The notes beneath the pieces are model-generated. The model searched no databases and was not told where the DNA came from. It was given only the letters and a program-made list of their open reading frames with translations. Both the position numbers and the translations under genes were made by a program. DNA of 63,103 nucleotides, the filler included. It is 6 parts of 6 records of this genome, joined end to end, with 100 filler letters (N's around TTAATTAATTAA, not from the genome) between each part and the next. Parts side by side here need not be neighbours in the genome. Positions count along the whole stretch, not along the records: positions 46,523 to 57,187 come from SRR31156797_5060; positions 57,288 to 63,103 come from SRR31156797_5115; 4 more parts are not named here. One strand, given 5' to 3'. Shown here one piece after another: positions 51,527 to 60,877 of this stretch; within the stretch, counting starts at the first letter, position 1, and the number at the start of each line of letters is the position of its first letter.

Positions 51527-53764
51527 ATGAAAGATATCCTTTTTGTTGATGATGATCCCAAATCCCTGGCAAGTTTAAAACGAACACTACGAAAATATGC
51601 AGCCGTCTGGAAACTCCATATCGCCCAAAGCGTTGATGAAGGTATTAACCTCATTCAGGGCAAAAAGATAGATCTGGTGATCTGTGATATTCTCATGCCT
51701 GAAAAAGACGGGTTTGAAATGCTAAAAACGCTCAAAGCCGACAAAAAGACAAAAGCCATTCCAGTGGTGATGCTCACTGGGATGCATGACTCAAAATTGA
51801 AACTCAAAGCACTAGACATGGGCGCCACAGATCTGCTCAATAAACCCATTGAAAAGGCAGAATTGGTCACAAGAATCAGCAACGGCCTGAAAATAAAGGA
51901 ATACCATGACCAAATCCTTGCCCAGAACCTTTTTCTTGAAAAAAAAATACAGGAGAGAACCCGACATGCCATGATGGCTGCAGAGATCGGCTCAATTCTT
52001 GTCCGGGGAACGGATATCAATGAAATGGCCTGTAAATGCTGCGGGGCCATCGTCCATTATCTTGATACTGCATTTGTCAGAATCTGGATTCTAAATGACG
52101 AAAACAATCAACTTGAACTCATCGAAAATGACGAGATGTTTAAACCTCTTGACTGTAAGCATTGCATTGTTTGCCCCGGTTATTTAAAAGTTGAAAAAAT
52201 TGTCAAAGAAAAGAGAGTCTTACTTTCCAATTCAATTATTGAAGACCCCGACTTTGATGATCAAACGTGGTTAAAAAAAGAGAAAATAACGGCATTTTCC
52301 GGTCACCCCCTTATTGTCGGTGGACGGACAATGGGGGTTGTGGCAATGTTTTCGAGACGACGGATCGAACAGGCTGAACTGGATGCCATTGCCTCAATCG
52401 CAGATAAGATTGCATTGGGAATTGACAGAAAAAAGGCTGAAGAAAAAGCCTGGTTTTTAGCTTACCACGACACCTTGACACGATTGCCCAACCGGCATTT
52501 TTTTTTAAAGGCCCTGAAATCCGAGGTCGAATACGCAGGACGGTATGGAAAAAAATTTGCCGTGGTACTCATTGATCTTGATAACTTCAACCGGATTAAC
52601 GAAAGCTTAGGCCACAACCTCGGAGATCGATGTCTACAGGACATCTCCGACAGATTAAAAAACTGTTTGAGATCCAGTGACACGCTGGCCCGCCTGACCT
52701 CAAAACAGACCCCTATGGCTCGAATGGGCGGAGATGAATTTATTATTCTCCTGCAAAATACAAACGATATTTTTGAAATTGGCCAGGCTTGTCAGAGACT
52801 GTTAGACGAATTTAATCAGCCGGTTTATGTGGAAAAAAAAGAGGTCTTCATTTCCGCAAGTATTGGTGCTGCCGTGTTCCCTGAGGATGGGACAGATCCC
52901 GACGGTTTATTAAAAAATACGGAAACAGCACTGTATGATGCCAAAAAAAAGGGGACCAGCGTCTTTTCTTTTTATTCAGAGTCTATGAACCTGGCCTCCA
53001 GTAAACTGTTTGAGATGGGAAATGAACTGAGAAAAGCTATAATCAGCCAGCAATTTCAGCTCTATTTTCAGCCCAAGGTGAGCCTGTTGGATAGAAGCAT
53101 TGTGGGGGGCGAAGCATTGATTCGATGGGAAATAGAAAATGGGAAATTTATTCCGCCTTCTGATTTTATCCCGGTTGCCGAAAAAAACGGCATGATTGTT
53201 TCCATTGGAGAATGGGTTCTTGAAGCCGCGTGTAAAACCTGCCGGGCATTGCAGAGAGCAGGCCATAGGCGTGTGAATATTGCAGTGAATGTGTCTGCAT
53301 TGCAACTGGAGCAAAACAACTTGGCCGATAAAGTGGCGCGCATTCTTGAACACAATAACATTTCCCCGGAAAGCATTGAGTTTGAAATAACGGAAACCCT
53401 TGTCATGTTAAATCCTGAAAAAGCCATTGAAAACCTAAAGCAATTAAAGCAAATGGGGTTTACCATTGCCCTTGATGATTTTGGAACCGGATACTCTTCT
53501 TTGGCCTATCTTCAAAAACTGCCCATTGATTATGTAAAAATAGATATCTCTTTTATCAGGCAGATCCTGGTTAGCCCCAACGATGCCGTAATGGTCAGAA
53601 CGATCATTGACATGGCACACAATCTAGGCTTACAGACCATTGCCGAAGGGGTTGAAGAAGAAAAGCAAACAAGACTTTTAGAAAAATTGGGGTGTGACAT
53701 TGTCCAGGGATTCCTTTTTGGCCGTCCCATGCCTGAGCAACATTTCTTACGATTGTTTGATTAG
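51527..53764 (+). CDS. REC-GAF-GGDEF-EAL c-di-GMP enzyme
   Basis: REC; GAF; RMGGDEF; EALIRW, EITE, DDFGTGYSS, AEGVE, QG. Confidence 0.94.
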   Translation: MKDILFVDDDPKSLASLKRTLRKYAAVWKLHIAQSVDEGINLIQGKKIDLVICDILMPEKDGFEMLKTLKADKKTKAIPVVMLTGMHDSKLKLKALDMGATDLLNKPIEKAELVTRISNGLKIKEYHDQILAQNLFLEKKIQERTRHAMMAAEIGSILVRGTDINEMACKCCGAIVHYLDTAFVRIWILNDENNQLELIENDEMFKPLDCKHCIVCPGYLKVEKIVKEKRVLLSNSIIEDPDFDDQTWLKKEKITAFSGHPLIVGGRTMGVVAMFSRRRIEQAELDAIASIADKIALGIDRKKAEEKAWFLAYHDTLTRLPNRHFFLKALKSEVEYAGRYGKKFAVVLIDLDNFNRINESLGHNLGDRCLQDISDRLKNCLRSSDTLARLTSKQTPMARMGGDEFIILLQNTNDIFEIGQACQRLLDEFNQPVYVEKKEVFISASIGAAVFPEDGTDPDGLLKNTETALYDAKKKGTSVFSFYSESMNLASSKLFEMGNELRKAIISQQFQLYFQPKVSLLDRSIVGGEALIRWEIENGKFIPPSDFIPVAEKNGMIVSIGEWVLEAACKTCRALQRAGHRRVNIAVNVSALQLEQNNLADKVARILEHNNISPESIEFEITETLVMLNPEKAIENLKQLKQMGFTIALDDFGTGYSSLAYLQKLPIDYVKIDISFIRQILVSPNDAVMVRTIIDMAHNLGLQTIAEGVEEEKQTRLLEKLGCDIVQGFLFGRPMPEQHFLRLFD

Positions 53765-53940
53765 AAACTAAATATTTTATCTTGATCACGGATATAATGT
53801 TTGCCAATTTTTCATAACTTCTTCCTCTCCCCCTTAGGGACTTTCCTGAGAATGAAGCTATATCACTATTTTACAATCACGCTGGAACTATCGAACTTTT
53901 AGGGTCGCTCTGGCATAGCCAGAGGTTTAATTCAAAGCAA

Positions 53941-56900
53941 TTAGGGTGAATCTCTTTCAGAATCCTGATTGTTAATTTTCCAGTATGTATGCTTACTATC
54001 AGAAAACGCACTCTCCAAATCCCTTTTTTCGGGTTCAAACCCATCAACTGTCAGGCTGATATCCTGTATCAGTTTCTGAATGCTTGCATAATAGGCATGC
54101 CCCATATCTGAAGTATTCACTTTTGAAACATCGACCAGATCCGGGCCTTGCCGCACCAGCAACCTCTGACTTGAATCGCCCAGCCGATGGTATCCGGAAT
54201 GGACAATCCGGCTGACATACAAGGCCACATCCTGGGACGCCGTGTAAACTGTTGTACGGTCTGCAACCATATCTAAATTCGGCAAAAAAAGTTTATAAAA
54301 GGTCTGGGCATCAATGTCCGGCGCAGCAAAGATGACCTGACTGAATAATTTGCGGATTTCAGAGCCTGTATGGGCCAGGTGAACCGCAGCAGTGGCAAAC
54401 AAATTTGTTCCCATGGAATGCGCCAACACGTGAAAGTTTCCCAAATCTGTCTGGTCAACTGCCAATTGGACGAACCGGACAAGATCCGACACAGCCCAGT
54501 CCTTGTTGGTCCAGGCCCGGGTATATTGGGTCGGTTTGATGCTGTTACCCGAAGGCCAGGTAAACAGCAAGGGGACGTATGAAATACCTGCGGTGCTGAG
54601 GTCATAAGCTATCTGGGCGGTACGGCGGGCTGCCAGTTCAAAGGAGTTATTGTAACCATGGACATAAAGAAGCACTCTGTTCTCAGGAACCTTCTTGGCT
54701 GCTTTCTTAACAGCATCCGTGAATTCAGATTCAGTAAAAAAATCCACTGACTCCAGCATCAGGTGTTTTTCAGGGTCTTCCCCCCTTAAAGACAAAAGTG
54801 CAGGAGCTTCAAGTTCTCCGGGTTTATGATTTGCAGGAATGCTGACCCAAAGCCGTCCTAAGCGCAACTTACCGCGATCATTTCCAAAACAGTCTCCGAT
54901 TTTTTTAGTTTTCGCAATATAATTACGGTTACACCCGAACAACACGCTTACCCGAACATAAGTCCGGCCGGCATCGCCCTCACCCCGCACACCCGTTTGC
55001 ATGGATGAGGCTTTTCCCTTGACTCTGATATCCACATTGTCAGCGCTCCAGGACATGCTGCCAAATGAAATAAGCTTGCCCCGGGTTTGCGTGTTGTGAT
55101 CAGCCCTGCTTAAAATTAACTGCTCCAGGCCATTCATGTTTTCATTTTTATCGCAATGGCCCCGGGATGTATAGGCAGCCTGCTCAAACAGGTTAATATC
55201 CACCGGCTGTGTGGCTGTAATGATTTTGACAGTCTCCGTTCCTGCCCTGTCAAGGCTCAGGGCAACAGGAATCTGGTCCCTGCGTTCACCTTTATCAAGC
55301 CTGTGCATTTCTGCGGTCATGTCCGGTGTAGGATATATGGTTTTGATTTCTCCGTTGGACATGATGTTGATTAAATAAACGTATTGGGCTATCCTGGAAG
55401 TATTAGCCAGATTAAAACTGAGCACGTCTCCTTTATTGGTGTTTCTACCGTCAAAATCAGCGCTGAGAACAGGGGGAGCCACCTCAAAGGAGCCGAACGG
55501 GAATTCTTTACAAGTATTATTTGTATTGCCGCCGCAATGGTCAACGCTTTGCATATGCACAATTTCAAGATTCACCGGCGGTCTTGCCTTGCCTGTGTTG
55601 CCGAGGGACTTGAGAGTTTGAGCATTTCGTATATGGCGCAGATTGTTCGTCAACAACTGGGCGTTGCCGTTTTCAGGCCAGGATACCCACAATCCATTAT
55701 CAAAAAAAGATTCATCCGCCTTTAGAAACCATACTCTTGGAACACCGTCAGGGCTGCCGGTGGGCAGGGTTTGCCTGAAATTGACTGTGTCCGTTGCATC
55801 GTGCAGACTGTCAACCGCATCTTTGGCACTGCGCATATAATAGAGGACCACATCAGCCTGGGCTTGTGACGGGGCAATAGCAGCTCCGGGCAAAGTACTC
55901 ACTGTTTCACGGATCTGCTTTAGCACTTTTTCTTTTTCAGGGAGAATGATATCCCCATTAATAAATATCTGCATGACCGGTCTGGGGTAGAAACGATCTT
56001 CCAAAAAAAGCTGGTCACCTACCTTAAAAGAACCCTTGGCTGTTCCGTTGCTGCTAAAATCCCTGACATTTAACATACTTAAGCGACCTGTAGAAGAGTC
56101 TCCTTTTTTTTTAACAAATATTGACCCCGGGGTGATGCCGGCCACAGCACCGGCATTGATGGTAACCGTCTGGCCATCAATCCTGGTGACATTCACCGTG
56201 TTGGCCTGGGCAACAAACTGGCCACCTATAATCGAAACATTGGCATTCCCGCTGATTTGCGGATGCTGGGTAATATTTGATTCTGCCTTTATACGGATTT
56301 TTGTACGGCGAAACAGTTCATACCACGAAGAATCAGGGGATGCATGTTGCAGGGTTTGAAGCCAATACCAGGAGAACAAACCAAAATGTTGTCCATTTTG
56401 AACGATTTCACAGGCAGGTTGGGTATCTTCAGTGGAACCAATGAGAATTCCCTTGGTAAAATCAGCTTGCTTAAACTCCAGCATGCCTTTGGGATGCATT
56501 CGACCGTCAACCCCAGCTGCCCTTTGCAGGGGTGGGCAGTCCCCCCGGCTGACAGTACCGGAATGGCAAGAATCTGAAATAAAAACCACCTGGCCTGCTT
56601 TCTGGTATATTGGGGCCAATAGACTGCTGATTTCATCATCCAATACATCATAATCGTCAAGATTCTGCGAAACTGTATTCTTTGAAGATCGTGCCCCAAA
56701 GGAAACCCAGGTCTGATCACTGCCCCGGGGTTCATCACCGTTGAGATCCGGCATGTAGGAACCATGGCCGGAATAGTGAATATAAACAAAGTCTCCCTGG
56801 CTTACCTGTTTATTGAGTTTTTGCATCCCATTGATAATCCCGGTATGTGTTGCCTGGTCATCAAGCAGCACAATAATCCGTTCAGGATCCATGCCTAGGG

Positions 56901-57099
56901 ATTTAATCAAAGTTTTCCGGGTAGCCTCAATATCATTCCGGCAGCCTGGAAGAGAGTGCAGATTTGAATGGCTGTAGTCTGAAATTCCAATAAGAAGGGC
57001 ATTTTTTTTAATGACCGCCTGGGCATTGCCATTGAATACGGCCAATAACAGTATCATTCCGAACGACAACACCAGCACAACAGGTTTGATGGTATTCAT
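53941..57099 (-). CDS. Exported caspase-family (C14) peptidase / DUF4384-like / alpha-beta hydrolase (DUF900-like) fusion
   Basis: GGAGG RBS before ATG 57099; signal peptide ending AQA; YSGHG and DSCHSG dyad; DUF4384-like YVYLINI..GEIKTIYP..GTETVK; YVHGYN, FTWPS, AHSMG, APDID, GHAYY. Confidence 0.85.
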   Translation of the reverse strand: MNTIKPVVLVLSFGMILLLAVFNGNAQAVIKKNALLIGISDYSHSNLHSLPGCRNDIEATRKTLIKSLGMDPERIIVLLDDQATHTGIINGMQKLNKQVSQGDFVYIHYSGHGSYMPDLNGDEPRGSDQTWVSFGARSSKNTVSQNLDDYDVLDDEISSLLAPIYQKAGQVVFISDSCHSGTVSRGDCPPLQRAAGVDGRMHPKGMLEFKQADFTKGILIGSTEDTQPACEIVQNGQHFGLFSWYWLQTLQHASPDSSWYELFRRTKIRIKAESNITQHPQISGNANVSIIGGQFVAQANTVNVTRIDGQTVTINAGAVAGITPGSIFVKKKGDSSTGRLSMLNVRDFSSNGTAKGSFKVGDQLFLEDRFYPRPVMQIFINGDIILPEKEKVLKQIRETVSTLPGAAIAPSQAQADVVLYYMRSAKDAVDSLHDATDTVNFRQTLPTGSPDGVPRVWFLKADESFFDNGLWVSWPENGNAQLLTNNLRHIRNAQTLKSLGNTGKARPPVNLEIVHMQSVDHCGGNTNNTCKEFPFGSFEVAPPVLSADFDGRNTNKGDVLSFNLANTSRIAQYVYLINIMSNGEIKTIYPTPDMTAEMHRLDKGERRDQIPVALSLDRAGTETVKIITATQPVDINLFEQAAYTSRGHCDKNENMNGLEQLILSRADHNTQTRGKLISFGSMSWSADNVDIRVKGKASSMQTGVRGEGDAGRTYVRVSVLFGCNRNYIAKTKKIGDCFGNDRGKLRLGRLWVSIPANHKPGELEAPALLSLRGEDPEKHLMLESVDFFTESEFTDAVKKAAKKVPENRVLLYVHGYNNSFELAARRTAQIAYDLSTAGISYVPLLFTWPSGNSIKPTQYTRAWTNKDWAVSDLVRFVQLAVDQTDLGNFHVLAHSMGTNLFATAAVHLAHTGSEIRKLFSQVIFAAPDIDAQTFYKLFLPNLDMVADRTTVYTASQDVALYVSRIVHSGYHRLGDSSQRLLVRQGPDLVDVSKVNTSDMGHAYYASIQKLIQDISLTVDGFEPEKRDLESAFSDSKHTYWKINNQDSERDSP

Positions 57100-57187
57100 G
57101 TCTTTCCTCCATAGAATTTGGTGCCCAAAATTCTTAATAACAGCGATGGGCTGATCAGGTCTATCAATACCCAGACTCAACCCACAA

Positions 57188-57287
57188 NNNNNNNNNNNNN
57201 NNNNNNNNNNNNNNNNNNNNNNNNNNNNNNNTTAATTAATTAANNNNNNNNNNNNNNNNNNNNNNNNNNNNNNNNNNNNNNNNNNNN
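57188..57287. other. Artificial contig linker
   Basis: N-run, TTAATTAATTAA, N-run. Confidence 0.99.
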
Positions 57288-57331
57288 GCAAAGAAACGCT
57301 GCAACTTAGAAAAACAATTTAGGAGGTAAGG

Positions 57332-58378
57332 ATGGAAATATCAATACCGGCTTTATTAAGGATTAAGCCAAATGCACTATATAAAATAGGTAAATATTTA
57401 AGAAAAGAAAAATATAAAAAAATAGCACTATTTTTCGGAGAAGGAATAAAAGACCTTTTTGCCGAGCAAATAATTATCTCATTAGAGTCCTCTGAAATAA
57501 TAATAGCACACGAGGAAATTGTAAGAGATAATGATATTAGTAATGTTTTTGAGAGTACATTCTCAATTCCAACCGGAGTTGATGCAATGGTTGCTGTAGG
57601 TGGAGGAAAGGTTATTGATTACTGCAAATATATCGCATTCTTACAGCAGCAACCCTTTATCTCGATACCAACATCAATATCAAACGACGGATTCTGCTCT
57701 CCTGTTTCATCACTGTATGTAAACGGTAAGAGAAAATCACTTAAAGCAAAAATCCCCGACGGAGTTATTCTGGATACTAAAATAATAAAAAACTGTCCTG
57801 ATAGATTCATCTATTCAGGAGTTGGTGATTTAGTATCTAATATAACAGCAATAAGGGATTGGAAAATGGCTGCAAAACTTGGAGAAGAAGTTGTAAATGA
57901 TTTTGCAGTTTTAGTTTCACAAAATGCTGTAGAAAATTTTATAAACTACTCAAATAAAGATATCACTGATGTTGAGTTTATCAGATTGATTTCAGGCTCA
58001 TTAGTAATGAATGGTGTTGCAATGGAGATCAGCAAATCATCAAGACCCTCAAGCGGGAGTGAACACTTGATATCGCATGCATATGATCTTATTTGTGACA
58101 AGCCCTCTATGCACGGTATTCAAGTAGGAGTTGCTACTTATTGTATAAGTTATGTACAGGAAAATAGATTTGAGGATATAAAAGAAGTTTTAGAGAAAAC
58201 TGGCTTTATCAATTATGTTACTCAAAATCCTCTTAATAAATCAGATTTTATCCAATCTGTAAAAGATGGTATAAGAGTGAAAGATAATTTCTATTCTACA
58301 CTTTCAGAAGCTAAAAATATTGAAAAAATAATTGATTTCATTGAAAATGATGAAAATTGTAAAAAAATGATTGTTTAA
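57332..58378 (+). CDS. Glycerol-1-phosphate dehydrogenase-like protein (Fe-ADH/DHQS superfamily)
   Basis: GGGKVID, PTSISNDG, SRPSSGSEHLISH, HGIQVG. Confidence 0.85.
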   Translation: MEISIPALLRIKPNALYKIGKYLRKEKYKKIALFFGEGIKDLFAEQIIISLESSEIIIAHEEIVRDNDISNVFESTFSIPTGVDAMVAVGGGKVIDYCKYIAFLQQQPFISIPTSISNDGFCSPVSSLYVNGKRKSLKAKIPDGVILDTKIIKNCPDRFIYSGVGDLVSNITAIRDWKMAAKLGEEVVNDFAVLVSQNAVENFINYSNKDITDVEFIRLISGSLVMNGVAMEISKSSRPSSGSEHLISHAYDLICDKPSMHGIQVGVATYCISYVQENRFEDIKEVLEKTGFINYVTQNPLNKSDFIQSVKDGIRVKDNFYSTLSEAKNIEKIIDFIENDENCKKMIV

Positions 58379-58384
58379 TAAAAA

Positions 58385-58429
58385 ATAAGAGGCTATAGAT
58401 CAAGATTAATTTGAACTATAGCCTCTTAT
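58385..58429 (+). terminator. Terminator-like hairpin
   Basis: ATAAGAGGCTATAG/CTATAGCCTCTTAT perfect 14-bp arms. Confidence 0.75.
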
Positions 58430-58529
58430 CCTTCAAATATTCTGTCTAAGTTAAAAATTAATATTATTATTGATGTTACTAAACTAAGATGGTAAAATTT
58501 ATATAATTACACTTGGGAGGTTAGAAAAT

Positions 58530-59900
58530 ATGTCATTATTTATACAAAACATTATGCTATATATTATGAGAAAAATTCCTAATTTTATACTAAATAGAGC
58601 AAACGCTTTTGCATCGAAAGAAAGATTAGAGTTTGCAAAACAGAACTCTTCAATCAAAGCAAATTTAGCTAATCAGCTTATTTGTGCTGATTATTGCGGT
58701 CAATGTCCGTCATTACCGTCTAATTCAGAGGGCTTCTATTGCGCAACAGGAAAAAGTGTATATGAGGTGACGGAAGAAGGCTGTAACTGCTTTGACTGCC
58801 CATTAATAGAAGAATGCGGGCCTAATGTAGGTTACTTTTGCAAGCATGGTTTAGCGCCAAAAGAAGATAGTGTAAATAAAACTGAAAATAGTTATTTGGA
58901 GAGGTTTATTACACATGAACAACCTGTACTTGACAGTAAAATTAGTGATGAGGCAAAATTTTCAGAAGAGGTTGTTGATATACATTTGGATTTTGAATCT
59001 ACAGAGAGTAATGATAAATCTATAAAGACAAACTCACAGGTATCAATTTTGGAATCTTCTCTAAGAGCTGGGAATCAGCACATACATGCTTGTGGTGGTA
59101 ATGGTAAATGTTCAACTTGTCGTGTATTAATTACCGATGGTTCTGAGAATCTGAATCAAAGAAATGAAGCTGAGCAGAAAATGGCAAATTTTAAAGGTTT
59201 TACTGATAATATTAGGTTAGCGTGCCAAACAACTGGTAAAGGTGATGTTAAGTTAAGGAGACTTGTATTGGATGATGCTGATATAGAAAGTGCAGTGAGT
59301 GAAGGAAAAAATAATATAGGAGAAGTTGGCCGAGAAGCAAAAGTAGCAATTTTATTCTCTGATATTAGAGCATTCACTTCTTTTTCAGAGAAGAGCCTGC
59401 CCTACGATCTGGTACACATCCTTAACAGATACTTTAACACAATTGGTGAAAAGATAGATATAAACGGTGGTTTTATTGATAAATATATGGGTGATGGGAT
59501 AATGGCTATATTCGGATTGGAAAAAGATCGAGAAGAAGACCCGGCTTATTTAGCAGTTAAATCAGCACTTGAAATGGTTGAAGCTTTAGATGGATTTAAT
59601 ACTTATTTAGAAAAAAACTTTGAACATAAATTTGATATTGGTATAGGTATTCATTATGGTAAAGTTGTCGTAGGTAATCTGGGTTTTCATAAAAAAATGT
59701 CTTTCACAGCAATTGGAGATACCGTAAATACAGCATCAAGAATCGAATCAGTGAATAAAGAAACTAAAACAAATATTTTGGTTTCAGATACAGTTTTCAA
59801 AAGAATAGAGGATAAATTTACTTGGGGTGAAAAAACTGAAGTGCCTGTGAAAGGAAAAAATTTACCTATAACTGTTTATGAACCAAAAGAGTTTAAATAA
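58530..59900 (+). CDS. Class III adenylate cyclase with Cys-rich (DUF2769-like) and 2Fe-2S ferredoxin domains
   Basis: Cys-rich block; ACGGNGKCSTC..RLAC; FSDIRAFT, DKYMGDG, TAIGDTVNTASRIE. Confidence 0.88.
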   Translation: MSLFIQNIMLYIMRKIPNFILNRANAFASKERLEFAKQNSSIKANLANQLICADYCGQCPSLPSNSEGFYCATGKSVYEVTEEGCNCFDCPLIEECGPNVGYFCKHGLAPKEDSVNKTENSYLERFITHEQPVLDSKISDEAKFSEEVVDIHLDFESTESNDKSIKTNSQVSILESSLRAGNQHIHACGGNGKCSTCRVLITDGSENLNQRNEAEQKMANFKGFTDNIRLACQTTGKGDVKLRRLVLDDADIESAVSEGKNNIGEVGREAKVAILFSDIRAFTSFSEKSLPYDLVHILNRYFNTIGEKIDINGGFIDKYMGDGIMAIFGLEKDREEDPAYLAVKSALEMVEALDGFNTYLEKNFEHKFDIGIGIHYGKVVVGNLGFHKKMSFTAIGDTVNTASRIESVNKETKTNILVSDTVFKRIEDKFTWGEKTEVPVKGKNLPITVYEPKEFK

Positions 59901-59922
59901 ATACTATTTCCAAGGAGGCAAC

Positions 59923-60765
59923 ATGAGATTAACGAAAAGATTAGAGAAGTCATTTAAACTAGCAGAATCAAAGCTTGATGAATACAACTTAAATTTAGTA
60001 TGCCCAATAGATATTATCTATGGGATTTTGCTGGAGGATTCCGGAGTCGTGGAAGAAGTAAACGGCATTTTAAAAGCAAAACATAATAAATTAAATGAAA
60101 TTATTCAAATAATGGATAGATCAAATAACAGACTAGAAAACTCTTGGTTTTCCAGAGATATTAGTGAAGAGCTTATTGAAATTTTCAGGCTTGCTAAAGA
60201 TTATATGAAAAGATATGGGCAAATATATCTTAATATCGGACATGTTATTAAGGCCATTTTTCAATGTGATGCGCTAACAACTAGCCTCTTTACCCAAGAA
60301 GAGATTGACTTTATACTGGAATCAACAACTGAGTGTAGGGACCTGAAAGTTAATCTAAGTAATAATAATGATTTTGCTAAAAATATAGATTGTGAATATG
60401 AAATTTATCGAGGAAATATAGAAACAAAAAATATAATTAACGAGTTTATAACTACAGAGTTCAGTATTCATTGGGCTGAAAGTGTTTTAAAGGGTATAAA
60501 TAATTCAGAGAGTTCGGTATTTTATGTTACAGATAAAAATGAAATTATTGGCTTTGGGGCATATAATGTGATTTCAGACGGTGTGTTCGGACCAATGGGA
60601 GTTTCTAATAAACATCGATCCAAAAATGTCGGTAAATTGATATTAAACACTATTCTAAATGATATGAGAAATTTAGGATACAAAGAGGTTATCATTAATG
60701 ATGCAGGCCCTATAGAATTTTATGAACGAATGTGTGGGGCAAAGTATATTTCTATGAAAAAATAA
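59923..60765 (+). CDS. Clp N-terminal-like domain fused to GNAT acetyltransferase
   Basis: Two ClpN-like repeats (LTKRLEKSFKLAE..PIDIIYGIL; ISEELIEIFRLA..YLNIGHVIKAI); GNAT FGPMGV..HRSKNVG, FYER. Confidence 0.75.
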   Translation: MRLTKRLEKSFKLAESKLDEYNLNLVCPIDIIYGILLEDSGVVEEVNGILKAKHNKLNEIIQIMDRSNNRLENSWFSRDISEELIEIFRLAKDYMKRYGQIYLNIGHVIKAIFQCDALTTSLFTQEEIDFILESTTECRDLKVNLSNNNDFAKNIDCEYEIYRGNIETKNIINEFITTEFSIHWAESVLKGINNSESSVFYVTDKNEIIGFGAYNVISDGVFGPMGVSNKHRSKNVGKLILNTILNDMRNLGYKEVIINDAGPIEFYERMCGAKYISMKK

Positions 60766-60827
60766 TCAACTCCTTGGAAGATTTTAGGTTATATTTGGCT
60801 ATTCTCATCAAAAATTCATTCTAAAAT

Positions 60828-60877
60828 AAAAAAACATCCTGTGATTAATTAAAAGATTAATCACAGGATGTTTTTTT
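60828..60877. terminator. Bidirectional terminator
   Basis: AAAAAAACATCCTGTGATTAAT/ATTAATCACAGGATGTTTTTTT perfect arms between convergent genes. Confidence 0.88.

Noticed and set aside
57100..57180. Longer 1079-aa start for the caspase fusion
   Set aside because: GGAGG RBS and signal peptide support ATG 57099
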